Source: an uncultured Gemmatimonadales bacterium (lineage in GTDB: Bacteria > Gemmatimonadota > Gemmatimonadetes > Longimicrobiales > Longimicrobiaceae). Taken from it: 64,000 nt of DNA. Positions 32,296-42,282 of the stretch are shown here, in pieces. The notes below the pieces were generated by a model, which was given only the letters and a program-made list of their open reading frames with translations, searched no databases and had not been told where the DNA came from. Location of the stretch: assembly GCA_963716255.1 (NCBI GenBank), contig OY970303.1, positions 5,568,001 to 5,632,000 of the forward strand, read 5' to 3'. The stretch's first letter is position 1. Each line of letters opens with the position of its first letter. Made by a program: the position numbers and the translations under genes.

Positions 32296-33213
32296 ATGGA
32301 ACTAGAGATCCGCGACCTGTCCAAGACCTACCCCAACGGTGTGCAGGCGCTAAAGGACGTGTCGCTCACGATCCCGGCGGGCATGTTCGGCCTGCTCGGC
32401 CCCAACGGCGCGGGCAAGTCCACGCTGATGCGCATCCTCGCCACGCTTCAGGAGCCGGACGCGGGATCGGTCCGGCTCGGCGGCTTCGACGTGCTGCGCC
32501 AGAAGGGCGAGGTGCGGCAGGTGCTCGGCTACCTGCCGCAGTCGTTCGGCTTCTACCCCAACGTGAGGGCGGAGCGGCTGCTCGACCACTTCGCGGTGCT
32601 GAAGGGGATCGCCGAGCCGGGCGTGCGGCGCGACGTCGTGGAGTCGCTGCTGCGGCAGGTCAACCTGTGGGACGTGCGCAGGCAGAAGGTGGGAACGTTC
32701 TCCGGCGGCATGCGGCAGCGCCTGGGCGTCGCCGTGGCGCTGCTCGGCAGCCCCAGGCTGATCATCGTGGACGAGCCGACGGCGGGGCTCGACCCGGCCG
32801 AGCGCGTGCGCTTCCTGAACCTGCTGAGCGAGATCGGCGAGGACAGCGCGGTCATCCTTTCCACGCACATCGTGGAGGACGTGGAAGAGCTGTGCAGCCG
32901 CATGGCGATCATCGACCGGGGCGAGATCCTGCTCGACGCGGAGCCGCCGCGCGCGGTGGAGGCGCTGCGGGGGCGGATCTGGCGCACGACCGTGGGCCGG
33001 GGGGACCTGGCGGCGCTCGAGCGGGAGCAGCCTGTGATCTCCACCCGGCTGCTGGGCGGGCGGACGATCGTGCACGTGTACGCGGACACGCCGCCGGGTG
33101 CGGAGTTCGCGCCGGTGGAGCCGGACCTCAAGGACGTGTACTTCAGCGTCATGGCGGGGCACCACGGGCGGCGGACGGACAGGGCGGAAGCGGGAGCGGG
33201 GGTGGCGCGGTGA
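32296..33213 (+). CDS. ABC transporter ATP-binding protein
   Basis: GPNGAGKS Walker A, FSGGM signature, IIVDEPT Walker B. Confidence 0.95.
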   Translation: MELEIRDLSKTYPNGVQALKDVSLTIPAGMFGLLGPNGAGKSTLMRILATLQEPDAGSVRLGGFDVLRQKGEVRQVLGYLPQSFGFYPNVRAERLLDHFAVLKGIAEPGVRRDVVESLLRQVNLWDVRRQKVGTFSGGMRQRLGVAVALLGSPRLIIVDEPTAGLDPAERVRFLNLLSEIGEDSAVILSTHIVEDVEELCSRMAIIDRGEILLDAEPPRAVEALRGRIWRTTVGRGDLAALEREQPVISTRLLGGRTIVHVYADTPPGAEFAPVEPDLKDVYFSVMAGHHGRRTDRAEAGAGVAR

Positions 33214-36200
33214 GGCTCCGCGAGGTCTTCGGCTTCGAGCTCGAGTACCGCCTCCGCAGCGCATCCACCTGGATCTACGCCTCGATCCTGTTCGCCTTCG
33301 CGGTCCTGCTCGTCGCCGCGAACGCCGGCGGCGGCGGGCCCGTCCACCTCAACGCGCCGGAACGGCTCGCCGAGTTCGCCGTGATCGCCGGGCTGTTCGG
33401 GCTGCTGGTCACGGCGGCGGTCTTCGGCGATGCCGGGGTCCGCGACGTGGAGGTGGGGATGGATCCGCTCCTCTTCACCTCGCCGCTCGGCAAGGCCGAG
33501 TACCTGGGCGGGCGCTTTCTCGCCGCGCTGGCGGTGAACGCGGTGGTCCTGCTCGCCGTCCCGCTCGGCCTGGCGGCCGCGACGCTGCTGGCGGGCGTCC
33601 CCCCGCGGGAGCTCGGCCCGTTCCGCGCCGGCGCCTTCGCGCAGCCCTACCTGCTCTTCCTGCTGCCGAACGCCGCCGTCGCCGGCGCGGCGCTGTTCAC
33701 GATCGCCGTGCTCACCCGGAAGACCGTGCCGGTGTACCTGGGCGCGGCCGGCCTGTTCGTCGGCAACCTGCTCGCCGCCGGCAGCCGGCCCCGCATCGCC
33801 GACCCGAGGCTGTCCGCGCTGGCCGACCCGTTCGGGATCGCCGCGGCGCAGGACGTGGTCGCGCTCTGGTCGGCGGCCGAGCGCAACGCCCGGCTCGTCG
33901 GCTTTCCCGCGGCGATGGTGCTGAACCGGGTGGTGTGGCTCGCGGCCGCGGCGGCGCTGCTCCTCCTGCTCCACCGCCGCTTCCGCTTCGCGCACGGCGG
34001 CGGCGGCGGCCGGACGGAGGGGCGCCGGTCCGCCGCCGGGCCGCGGGCGGGGCGCGCCGCACCGGTGGCGGTGCCGCGCGTCGCGGGCACGTTCGGGCTC
34101 CGGACCCGGGTGCGGCAGACGCTCGCCGTCGCGCGCGGCGCGCTGGAGGAGGTCGCGGGGAGCCGCGCGTTCCCCGCGGCCCTGGCCGGTGGGACGGGTC
34201 TCGTCCTGCTCATGGGCTGGAACGTGGCCGACACCGCCTTCGACACGTCCACGTGGCCGGTCACGCACCTCGTCGCCGTTTCGGTCCTGAGCGGCCGCGT
34301 CACGCCCATCGTCTTCGTGCTCATCGCGGTGTACGCGGGCGAGCTGGTGTGGAGGGACCGCGACGTGGGCGTGGCCGAGATCGCGGACGCGTCGCCGGTG
34401 CCGGAGGGAGCCCTGCTGCTCGGCCGCTTCCTCGCCCTGGTCGCGATCCTCGCGGCGTTCCAGGCCGCGTTCATGGCCGGCGGCCTCCTGATCCAGGCCC
34501 TCCAGGGGTACCACCGCTTCGAGATCGGCCTGTACCTCCGCATCCTCTTCGGGCTGAACCTGGCCGACCAGGTGCTACTGGCCGCGCTGGCGCTGGCGAT
34601 CCACGTGGTCGTGAACCACAAGTACGTCGGCCACATCGCCGTGCTGGCGGCGTGCGTGCTCCGGGTGGTCGCCCGGGAAAACGGCATCGTCCGGCACGAC
34701 CTGCTGCTGTACGGCATGGACCCGGGGTGGACGTACTCGGACATGAACGGCTTCGGCCCGTTCATCGGCCCGTTCGTGTGGTTCAAGCTGTACTGGGCGG
34801 CGTGGGCGCTGCTGCTGGGCGTGGCCGCGGCCCTGTTCTGGGTGCGCGGGCGGGAGGCCGGGGGGCGGCTGCGCGCGGCCCGGGCGCGACTCACGGGGCC
34901 GACCGTGCGCGTGGCCGGCGTGGCGGCGGCGCTCGTGCTCGCGCTGGGCGGGTTCATCTTCTACAACACCAACGTCCTGAACACGTACCTCGCGCCGGAC
35001 GAGCAGGGAGCGCCGCAGGCCGGCTACGAGAAGCGCTACGGGCGGTTCCGGGACGCGCCGCAGCCGGTGGTCGCCGCGGTGGAGATGCGCGTGGAGATCT
35101 ACCCGGAGCGGCCGGGCGTGGACGTGCGCGGCAGCTACCGCCTGGTGAACCGGACCGGCGCCGCGATCGACTCGGTGCACGTGTACGTCAACCCGACGAT
35201 GCGGGTGCGGTCGATCTCGTTCGACCGCGCGTCCACGCCCGTGCGGGTGGACGAGGAGGTCGGGTACCGGATCCTCGCCCTCGGGCGGGCACTGGAGCCG
35301 GGCGATTCGCTGCGGCTCGCATTCGACGTGGCGTTCCGGCCACGCGGCTTCCCCAACGAGGGCATGCAGACGGACGTGGTCGCCAACGGGGCGCACTTCG
35401 ACCGGCGCTGGCTGCCGATCGTCGGCTACCAGCCGGCGCTCGAGCTGTCGGACGACGAGGATCGCAAGCGGTTCGGGCTCGCGCCCCGGCCGCCGCTGCC
35501 CGGGCCCGGCGACGCCGGGGCGAGGCGCCATCGCTTCGCCGTGCGGGACGCGGACTTCGTCCACGTGAGCACGGTCATCGGCACGGCCGCCGGCCAGACC
35601 GCGGTCACTCCCGGCTTGCTGCGCCGGAGCTGGACGGAGAACGGGCGGCGCTACTTCCACTACGAGACCGAGGCGCCGACCGCGTGGGACGGCACCGTCT
35701 TTTCCGCCCGGTACGCGGTGCGCGAGGACCGGTGGAGGGACGTGGAGCTGCGCGTCTACCACCACCCGTCCCACACCTTCACGCTGGACCGGACGGTCCG
35801 GAGCATGAAGGCGTCGCTCGACTACTACACGCGGCAGTTCGGGCCGTACCCGGCCAGCCAGCTGCGCGTGGTGGAGTTCGCGCGCTACGGCAACTTCGGG
35901 ATCGCGCACCCGCACACCATCGGCTTCACGGAGGACTACTTTCTCGCCCGCTTCCGCGAGGGCGAGGTGGACCAGGCGTCGTACGGGACCGCGCACGAGG
36001 TCGCGCACCAGTGGTGGGGCGGGCAGGTGAGGGGCGCGCCGGTGCGGGGCCACGGGCTGCTCTCGGAATCGCTCGCCAACTACAGCGCGATGATGGTGAC
36101 GGAAAAGGCGTACGGCCCGGAGGCGGCCCGCCGGGTCTACGACTTCCAGATGCAGCGCTACCTGGCCGGGCGCGCGCGCTTTGCGCGCGAGGTACCGCTG

Positions 36201-36809
36201 CTGGAGGTGGAGGACCAGCCGTACATCGCGTACCGCAAGGGCGCGATCGCGCTGTACACGCTGCGCGAGCAGGTGGGCGAGGATCGGGTCAACGGCGCGC
36301 TGCGCCGCTACTTCGAGAAGCACCGCGCCGGTGTGCCGCCCTACCCCACGTCGCGCGACCTGTACGCCGAGCTGCGCGCGGCCACGCCCGACTCGCTCCG
36401 ACCCCTGCTCACGGACCTGTTCGAGACGGTCACCCTGTGGGACGTGAAGGCGGAGCGGGCGCGCGTGGAGCCGACCGGCACCGGCGCGTACCGGGTGACG
36501 CTGGACGTGGTGGCGAGGAAGCTGAGGGCCGACGGCGCGGGCAGGGAGACCGAGGTGCCGATGGACGACTTCGTGGAGATCGGGGTGTTCGCGCCCGGCG
36601 GCGGCGACGGCCCCGGCGCGCCGCTCCACCTGGCGCGCCACCGCATTCGCAGCGGCAGGCAGACGATCCGGATCACCGTGCCGCGCAGGCCGGCGCGCGC
36701 CGGCATCGACCCGTACGGGAAGCTGATCGACCGCAAGCGCGACGACAACGTGGTCGACGCGGGATCGGGGGCGACGGCCGCGCCTCGCACGGGTCCTTCG
36801 TTCCGCTAG
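33210..36809 (+). CDS. ABC-2 permease fused to a C-terminal M1-family zinc aminopeptidase
   Basis: Two membrane blocks followed by HEVAHQWWG...SESLANY (HExxH...E) and YRKG motifs. Confidence 0.9.
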   Translation: MRLREVFGFELEYRLRSASTWIYASILFAFAVLLVAANAGGGGPVHLNAPERLAEFAVIAGLFGLLVTAAVFGDAGVRDVEVGMDPLLFTSPLGKAEYLGGRFLAALAVNAVVLLAVPLGLAAATLLAGVPPRELGPFRAGAFAQPYLLFLLPNAAVAGAALFTIAVLTRKTVPVYLGAAGLFVGNLLAAGSRPRIADPRLSALADPFGIAAAQDVVALWSAAERNARLVGFPAAMVLNRVVWLAAAAALLLLLHRRFRFAHGGGGGRTEGRRSAAGPRAGRAAPVAVPRVAGTFGLRTRVRQTLAVARGALEEVAGSRAFPAALAGGTGLVLLMGWNVADTAFDTSTWPVTHLVAVSVLSGRVTPIVFVLIAVYAGELVWRDRDVGVAEIADASPVPEGALLLGRFLALVAILAAFQAAFMAGGLLIQALQGYHRFEIGLYLRILFGLNLADQVLLAALALAIHVVVNHKYVGHIAVLAACVLRVVARENGIVRHDLLLYGMDPGWTYSDMNGFGPFIGPFVWFKLYWAAWALLLGVAAALFWVRGREAGGRLRAARARLTGPTVRVAGVAAALVLALGGFIFYNTNVLNTYLAPDEQGAPQAGYEKRYGRFRDAPQPVVAAVEMRVEIYPERPGVDVRGSYRLVNRTGAAIDSVHVYVNPTMRVRSISFDRASTPVRVDEEVGYRILALGRALEPGDSLRLAFDVAFRPRGFPNEGMQTDVVANGAHFDRRWLPIVGYQPALELSDDEDRKRFGLAPRPPLPGPGDAGARRHRFAVRDADFVHVSTVIGTAAGQTAVTPGLLRRSWTENGRRYFHYETEAPTAWDGTVFSARYAVREDRWRDVELRVYHHPSHTFTLDRTVRSMKASLDYYTRQFGPYPASQLRVVEFARYGNFGIAHPHTIGFTEDYFLARFREGEVDQASYGTAHEVAHQWWGGQVRGAPVRGHGLLSESLANYSAMMVTEKAYGPEAARRVYDFQMQRYLAGRARFAREVPLLEVEDQPYIAYRKGAIALYTLREQVGEDRVNGALRRYFEKHRAGVPPYPTSRDLYAELRAATPDSLRPLLTDLFETVTLWDVKAERARVEPTGTGAYRVTLDVVARKLRADGAGRETEVPMDDFVEIGVFAPGGGDGPGAPLHLARHRIRSGRQTIRITVPRRPARAGIDPYGKLIDRKRDDNVVDAGSGATAAPRTGPSFR

Positions 36810-36858
36810 AGGGAGGCGCGGCGTGCGCTCCGCTGCCGCCCTTCCTCCACCGGCCCTG

Positions 36859-36887
36859 TTGTCGGGGCCGCGGCGGCCGGTTATACT
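36859..36887 (+). promoter_or_regulatory. Putative sigma70 promoter of the LysM gene
   Basis: TTGTCG-17 bp-TATACT in a GC-rich intergenic region. Confidence 0.4.
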
Positions 36888-37014
36888 GAGGGACCGGAGC
36901 GAGACACAACTGGGGCCGGCGCTGTCCCGAGACGGGGAGCGTCCCGGCCGTCCCATGCCCCCGGGCCATCGCGCGCCCCGGGGTGGGACCTCGTTCACCC
37001 CTGCCGGAACACCC

Positions 37015-38046
37015 GTGAAACCCTCCATCCTCCTCCTCGCCGGCCTCGCCGCCGCCTCGCCGCTGGCCGCCCAGGAACCGACCGCCCTCCCCGGGCAGGA
37101 GCGGACCCACGTCGTCCGCCCCGGTGACACCCTGTGGGACCTCGCCCGCGGCTGCCTGGGCGATCCCTTCCTGTGGCCCGAGCTGTACCGGCTGAACGCC
37201 GGGGTCGTCCGCGACCCGGCCCGCATCTACCCGGACCAGCGCCTGGCCCTCCCGGAGTGCCGCGAGGGGCTGGCCCCGCAGGTGGCGTATACTCCGCGCG
37301 CCGGCGAGGACCCCTTGGCGCCGGACCGGGTACTCCCCGCCGCCGGGACCGGCGAGTTCCCGGTCATCGCTCCGGGCGACTTCTACCGCGCGCGGCTGCT
37401 GGTGCAGGACGCCGAGGTCCCCGCGGTCGGCAAGCTCGCGGAGCGGATCTCGCCCACGGTGGTCCCCATCGAGATGACCCCGCAGATCTCGCTGTACGAC
37501 CGGGTGTACGTCGCCCTGGGCCAGCCGGGCGGCCTGCGCGTGGGCGACGCGGTGCACTTCTTCCGGCGCGACCGCGAGGTGAGGCCGTACGGGCGGGTGT
37601 ACGTTTCCACCGGCATCGGCAGCGTGGAGACACTGGAGGGGAACGTGGCGACCGTGGAGATCCGCACGGTGTACGACGTGATCGCGGTGAGCGACCTGGC
37701 CGTGCCGGCCGCGCGCTTCCCGGTCCGCGCCGGGGTGGCGCCCCGAGCGCCGCGGCAGGCGGTGGAGGGCAGGGTGGTCGCCTTCGGCAGCGAGCACGCT
37801 GTGCAGATCACCGAGGAGCTGGCGTTCCTGGACGTGGGCGCCGCGGCGGGGGTCAAGGAGGGCGACGTGTTCGCCGCGTACATTCCCCGCGAGCAGAAGC
37901 AGTGGGGGACGCGGCCGGAGATCCCCGTCGCCCGCATGCAGGTGGTGCGCGTCACCGACCGCACCGCCACGGCCCGCATCACCGGACTGGAGCAGCCCGC
38001 CATGGAAGCGGGCCTCCCCGTGAGGCTGGTGTCGGAAATGCCGTGA
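37015..38046 (+). CDS. LysM peptidoglycan-binding domain protein
   Basis: Signal peptide; HVVRPGDTLWDLA...LW..LY..N...P..IYP LysM motif. Confidence 0.88.
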   Translation: MKPSILLLAGLAAASPLAAQEPTALPGQERTHVVRPGDTLWDLARGCLGDPFLWPELYRLNAGVVRDPARIYPDQRLALPECREGLAPQVAYTPRAGEDPLAPDRVLPAAGTGEFPVIAPGDFYRARLLVQDAEVPAVGKLAERISPTVVPIEMTPQISLYDRVYVALGQPGGLRVGDAVHFFRRDREVRPYGRVYVSTGIGSVETLEGNVATVEIRTVYDVIAVSDLAVPAARFPVRAGVAPRAPRQAVEGRVVAFGSEHAVQITEELAFLDVGAAAGVKEGDVFAAYIPREQKQWGTRPEIPVARMQVVRVTDRTATARITGLEQPAMEAGLPVRLVSEMP

Positions 38047-38140
38047 AGCGGCCGGCAGCGCGGTCCCCGCTCTCCGCCGGCCGCGACGCCTCTCCGCAAG
38101 GAGGGGCGTCGCAGCCGTTTGTGCCCCCGGCGCGATACCC

Positions 38141-38278
38141 GCGTGAGGGATTTCGGCCCGGCGGGGCGAGACCCGGCGGGGCTGTTTCCGCCGGGGCTCG
38201 ACTCCGTCAGCGAGCGTTGTTTGCTCGCTTACGGAGCCGAAGCCCGACCCCGGCGCCAGCCGGGGGCACGCCCGAACC
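38141..38278 (+). repeat. Family A structured repeat, copy 5
   Basis: 138 bp; arm B stem extended symmetrically to CCGGCGG/CCGCCGG. Confidence 0.95.
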
Positions 38279-38308
38279 CGCAGTCGAAAGCCGTTCCAGA
38301 ATCGGACA

Positions 38309-39124
38309 ATGATCGAAGCGCTCCACCTCGTCGCGCTGGCGCTGTACCTGGTCGCCGCCACCCTGCTGGGGGTGGCGCTGGCCCGCAACGAGCTCCGCCT
38401 CACCGGCATCGCCACTTCGGTCGCGGGGGTGGGCGTGCTCGCCCACCTGCTGGGGCTGGTGGCGTACACCGCCCGCTGGGGCGAGCTGCCGCTGGTGGGG
38501 CTGGGACCCTCGCTCTCGGTGCTCGCCTTCCTGGTGGGGCTGGGCTCGCTCGCCGTGGCCACGCTGGGGCGCACGGGGCCGCTGGGGCTGGTGCTGGTGC
38601 CGGTGGCCGCGCTCCTGGTGGGGGTGGCCGCGGCGGTGGGCGTGGTCCCCTCGGAGGCGGTGCTCAGCTTCCAGGGCCCGTGGTTCGTGCTGCACGTGGT
38701 GCTGGCGCTGGTGGGGTACGCGGGGCTGACGGTGGCCTTCGCCTGCGGGCTGATGTACCTGATTCAGTTCAGGGAGTTGAGAAACAAGAACTTCGGTGCC
38801 ATCTTCCGGTTCTTTCCCCCGCTCGACACGCTGGACCGGATGGGGAAGTGGGCGCTGATCGTGGGCTTTCCCTTTCTGACCATGGCGCTGGTGGTGGGGT
38901 GGGCGTGGACGGAGCGCTTCGGGCGCCCGCTGGGGCCCGGAAACCCCAAAGTCGTCTGGGGGGTACTGAGCTGGGTCCTGATCCTGGCGGCGCTCGCCGC
39001 GCGGGCGGGCGGGGGACGGCGCGGGGTGCGCGCCGCGGCGGCCAGCGTGGTGGTCTTCGCCATCGTGGTGGTGGCGTACATCGTCCTGCGCGTGGGCGAG
39101 CCGCAGACCGGCGGCTTCCTGTGA
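38309..39124 (+). CDS. Cytochrome c assembly (CcsA/HemX-like) membrane protein
   Basis: About 8 TM segments; LH, P.LDTLDR and PK motifs; sits upstream of hemA. Confidence 0.8.
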   Translation: MIEALHLVALALYLVAATLLGVALARNELRLTGIATSVAGVGVLAHLLGLVAYTARWGELPLVGLGPSLSVLAFLVGLGSLAVATLGRTGPLGLVLVPVAALLVGVAAAVGVVPSEAVLSFQGPWFVLHVVLALVGYAGLTVAFACGLMYLIQFRELRNKNFGAIFRFFPPLDTLDRMGKWALIVGFPFLTMALVVGWAWTERFGRPLGPGNPKVVWGVLSWVLILAALAARAGGGRRGVRAAAASVVVFAIVVVAYIVLRVGEPQTGGFL

Positions 39125-39759
39125 GCGCCCCGTACCCGGTGCTCCTGGACCTGCGGCGCGTGCGCGCGCTGGTGGTGGGCGGCGGCGCCGTCGCCACCCG
39201 CAAGGTGGAGGGGCTGGTGGAGGCCGGCGGCCGCCCCGACGTGGTGGCGCCCGAGCTCGCCCCGGCGCTCCAGGCTCTCGCGGAGCGCGAGGGGCTGGAC
39301 TGCCGGCTCCGCGCCTACGCCGCGGGCGACGCCGCGGGGTACCGCCTGGTGTTCGCCGCCACGGACGATCCCGGGGTCAACGCGCGGGTCGCCCGCGAGG
39401 CCGCGGAGGCGGGCGCGCTGGCGAGCGTCGCGGACGCGGGCGCGGAGTCCGACTTCCACGTGCCCGCCACCCTCCGCAGCGGCGGCGTGGTGGTGGCGCT
39501 GGCCACCGGCGGGGCCTCGCCGCTGCTGTCGCGGCGGCTGCGCGAGCGGCTGGAGGGCGTGGTGACGCCCGGGGTGGGGCGCGCGGCGGCGAGGCTGGAA
39601 TCCGTGCGCGAGGAGGTGCGCGCCCGCTGGCCGGAGGACGAGGCGCGGCGGCGGGCGTTCTGGTTCGATCTGATCACTCCCGGCTTCCTCGACAGCGCCG
39701 TCGAGGGGCGGGACGAGGAAGTGGAAGCGCGCATCTCCCGATGCCTCTCGCAGTCGTAG
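39121..39759 (+). CDS. Precorrin-2 dehydrogenase / sirohydrochlorin ferrochelatase (SirC/CysG N-terminal type)
   Basis: LVVGGGAVATRK, FAATDD..VN, DFHVPA and TGGASP motifs. Confidence 0.9.
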   Translation: MSAPYPVLLDLRRVRALVVGGGAVATRKVEGLVEAGGRPDVVAPELAPALQALAEREGLDCRLRAYAAGDAAGYRLVFAATDDPGVNARVAREAAEAGALASVADAGAESDFHVPATLRSGGVVVALATGGASPLLSRRLRERLEGVVTPGVGRAAARLESVREEVRARWPEDEARRRAFWFDLITPGFLDSAVEGRDEEVEARISRCLSQS

Positions 39760-41123
39760 GAGCCAGCCACCGGACCGCGTCCATCGAGGTCCGGGAGCGG
39801 CTCGCCCTTGCCCGGGGAGAGATCCCCGGGGTGCTGGCCGGCCTGGTGGAATCGGGCGCGGCCGACGAGGCCGTCGTCCTGTCCACCTGCAACCGGACCG
39901 AGCTGTACCTCGCCCTGGCCGACGAGCGCCGCGGCGTGGAGGCCGCGCACGCCGTGCTGGCGGAGCGCATCGGCGAGAGCCCGGCCGGCATCGCGAAGCA
40001 CCTGTACCTTCACCGCGACCGCTACGCCGCCGAGCACCTGTTCCGGGTGACCGCGGGGCTGGACTCCATGGTCCTGGGGGAGCCGCAGATCCAGGGGCAG
40101 GTCAAGGAGGCGTACGCCCTGGCCCGCGAAGCGGTGAGCCCCGCCGGCCCGCTGGTGGGCTCCGCGCTCAACCGCCTCTTCCAGAGCGCCTTCGCCGTGG
40201 GCGGCCAGGTGCGCAGCGGGACGGAGGTGGGGCTGGGCGCCGCCTCCATCTCCTCCGCCGCCGTGGAGCTGGCGAAAAAGATCTTCGGCTCGCTGCGCGG
40301 GCGGCGCGCCCTGGTGCTGGGCGCCGGGGAGATGAGCGAGGTGACGCTGGAGTGCCTGGTGGGCGAGGGGGTGCGGGCCGCGCTGGTCGCCAACCGCACC
40401 TTCGACCGCGCGGCCGAGCTGGCGGCCCGGTGGGGCGGCGAGGCGATCCGCTGGGAGGAGTTCGGCCGGGCGCTCGCGGGGGTGGACATCGTCATCTGCT
40501 CCACGGCGGCCCCGCACCCGGTGCTCACCCGCGAGCGCTTCCGCCAGGCCGTTCCCGGCGAGAGGCGCAACCCGCTCTGCATCATCGACATCGCCATCCC
40601 GCGCGACGTGGACCCGGCGGTGGCGCGCGAGCCCAACGTCTTCCTGTACAACATCGACGACCTGACGCAGATCGTCGACGACAACCTGGAGCGGCGGCGC
40701 ACTCAGCTCCCCGCGGCCGACGCCATCGTCGCGGCCGGGGTGGAGGAGTTCTGGGCGTGGTACTCGGCCCTGGCGGTGGTCCCCACCATCCGCGACCTGC
40801 GCGACCACGGCGAGCGGGTGCGGCAGGCGGAGCTGGAGCGCGCGCTCCGCCGCCTGGGGCACCTGGCCCCCGAGGACCGCGAGGCGGTGGAGGCGCTGAG
40901 CCGCACCCTGCTCGCCAAGCTGCTGCACGCGCCCACCGTGCGCCTGCGCGAGGCGGCCGGCAACGGCCGCGGCACCGCGGTGCTGGACACCGCCCGCTAC
41001 CTGTTCCAGCTGGACCGCGACGCCGCGCAGCACGACCGCGGCGAGGACGAGCCGTCCCCGCCGTCCGCCGCTCCGCCGCCGTCGCAGGCTCCCTCCGCAC
41101 CCAACCCGAAGCCCGTTTCGTGA
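39741..41123 (+). CDS. hemA: Glutamyl-tRNA reductase
   Basis: LSTCNRTELY, GLDSMVLGEPQI, GAGEM and DIAIPRD motifs. Confidence 0.97.
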   Translation: MPLAVVGASHRTASIEVRERLALARGEIPGVLAGLVESGAADEAVVLSTCNRTELYLALADERRGVEAAHAVLAERIGESPAGIAKHLYLHRDRYAAEHLFRVTAGLDSMVLGEPQIQGQVKEAYALAREAVSPAGPLVGSALNRLFQSAFAVGGQVRSGTEVGLGAASISSAAVELAKKIFGSLRGRRALVLGAGEMSEVTLECLVGEGVRAALVANRTFDRAAELAARWGGEAIRWEEFGRALAGVDIVICSTAAPHPVLTRERFRQAVPGERRNPLCIIDIAIPRDVDPAVAREPNVFLYNIDDLTQIVDDNLERRRTQLPAADAIVAAGVEEFWAWYSALAVVPTIRDLRDHGERVRQAELERALRRLGHLAPEDREAVEALSRTLLAKLLHAPTVRLREAAGNGRGTAVLDTARYLFQLDRDAAQHDRGEDEPSPPSAAPPPSQAPSAPNPKPVS

Positions 41124-41857
41124 CCGCAGCCGCCATGCTTCTCCAGGGCGCGTCCAGCCCGGCCCCCGTCAACGAGTTCGCCGCGTCCTGGGACATGATC
41201 GTCCACGGGACGCCCTCCACCAAGATCATCATCGGCCTGCTGGCGATCATGTCGCTGGCGTCGTGGGCGCTGATCGTCTGGAAGCTGGTGCAGTTCCGCC
41301 GCGTGCGCCGCGACGCCGACCGCTTCAACGGCGAGCTGGAGCGCGCCGAGCGGCTGGACGACGCCTACCAGCACGTGCAGGCGCTCCCGGAGTCGCCCTT
41401 CAGCCGCGTCTTCCGCCGCGGGGTGGACTTCTTTTCCGAGCTGCGCCCCGCCGCGGCGCGCGCCGGGAGCGAGGTGCGGGGGCTGAGCCCGGCGCAGCTG
41501 GAGGTGCTGCGGCTGGTGCTGGAAAAGGAGGAGGGCGAGGAGCGAGACCACCTGTCGCATGGCGTCTACTGGCTGGCGATCATCTCCACCACGTCGCCGC
41601 TCTTCGGGCTGCTGGGGACGGTGCTGGGGGTGATGCACTCCTTCGTGGCCGTGGCGCAGGCGGGCTCGTCCAGCATCAGCGCCGTGGCCCCCGGCGTGGC
41701 GGAGGCGCTGATCACCACCGCGGCCGGGCTGGTGGTGGCGATCCCCGCGGCAATGGCGTACAACTACTTCGTCGCCAGGCTCAACCTGCTGATGAACGAG
41801 CTGGAGGGCTTTTCCAGCGAGTTCATCGGCACGCTGGCGCGCGAAGGGCGGGTCTGA
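41120..41857 (+). CDS. tolQ: TolQ (MotA/ExbB family) proton channel
   Basis: SPLFGLLGTV and APGVAEALITTAAGL motifs; tol-pal context. Confidence 0.9.
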   Translation: MTAAAMLLQGASSPAPVNEFAASWDMIVHGTPSTKIIIGLLAIMSLASWALIVWKLVQFRRVRRDADRFNGELERAERLDDAYQHVQALPESPFSRVFRRGVDFFSELRPAAARAGSEVRGLSPAQLEVLRLVLEKEEGEERDHLSHGVYWLAIISTTSPLFGLLGTVLGVMHSFVAVAQAGSSSISAVAPGVAEALITTAAGLVVAIPAAMAYNYFVARLNLLMNELEGFSSEFIGTLAREGRV

Positions 41858-42282
41858 TGCCCAGGCGGCGCTCCAGCGGGCGCGACATGGGGGTGTCGGC
41901 GGAGATCAACGTCACCTCGCTGGTGGACGTGGCGCTCACGCTGCTGGTCATCTTCATCATCACCGCGCCCATGATGCAGGGCGGCGTGGAGGTGAGCGTG
42001 CCGCGGGCGCAGGCCGCGCCGCTGGATTCGCCCGAGGGGGTGATCGTGTCCGTGGACCGCGCCGGCGACGTGTTCATCGGCGAGGCACCGATCCCCTGGA
42101 GCGAGTTCGAGACGCGCTTCCCGGAGGCGGTGCGCGCGGCGGGAGCGAAGAGCGTGTACCTGCGCGCCGACGAGAGCGTGCCGTACGGGCGGGTGATGCA
42201 GGTGATCGGCGCGATGAAGGCGGCCGACGTCGCCACGGTGGGGCTGGTGGTGGAGCCGGAGCCCGCGGGATCGCGGCCCTGA
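41857..42282 (+). CDS. tolR: TolR (ExbD family)
   Basis: EINVTSLVDVALTLLVIFIITAP and LRAD..VPYG motifs. Confidence 0.9.
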   Translation: MPRRRSSGRDMGVSAEINVTSLVDVALTLLVIFIITAPMMQGGVEVSVPRAQAAPLDSPEGVIVSVDRAGDVFIGEAPIPWSEFETRFPEAVRAAGAKSVYLRADESVPYGRVMQVIGAMKAADVATVGLVVEPEPAGSRP

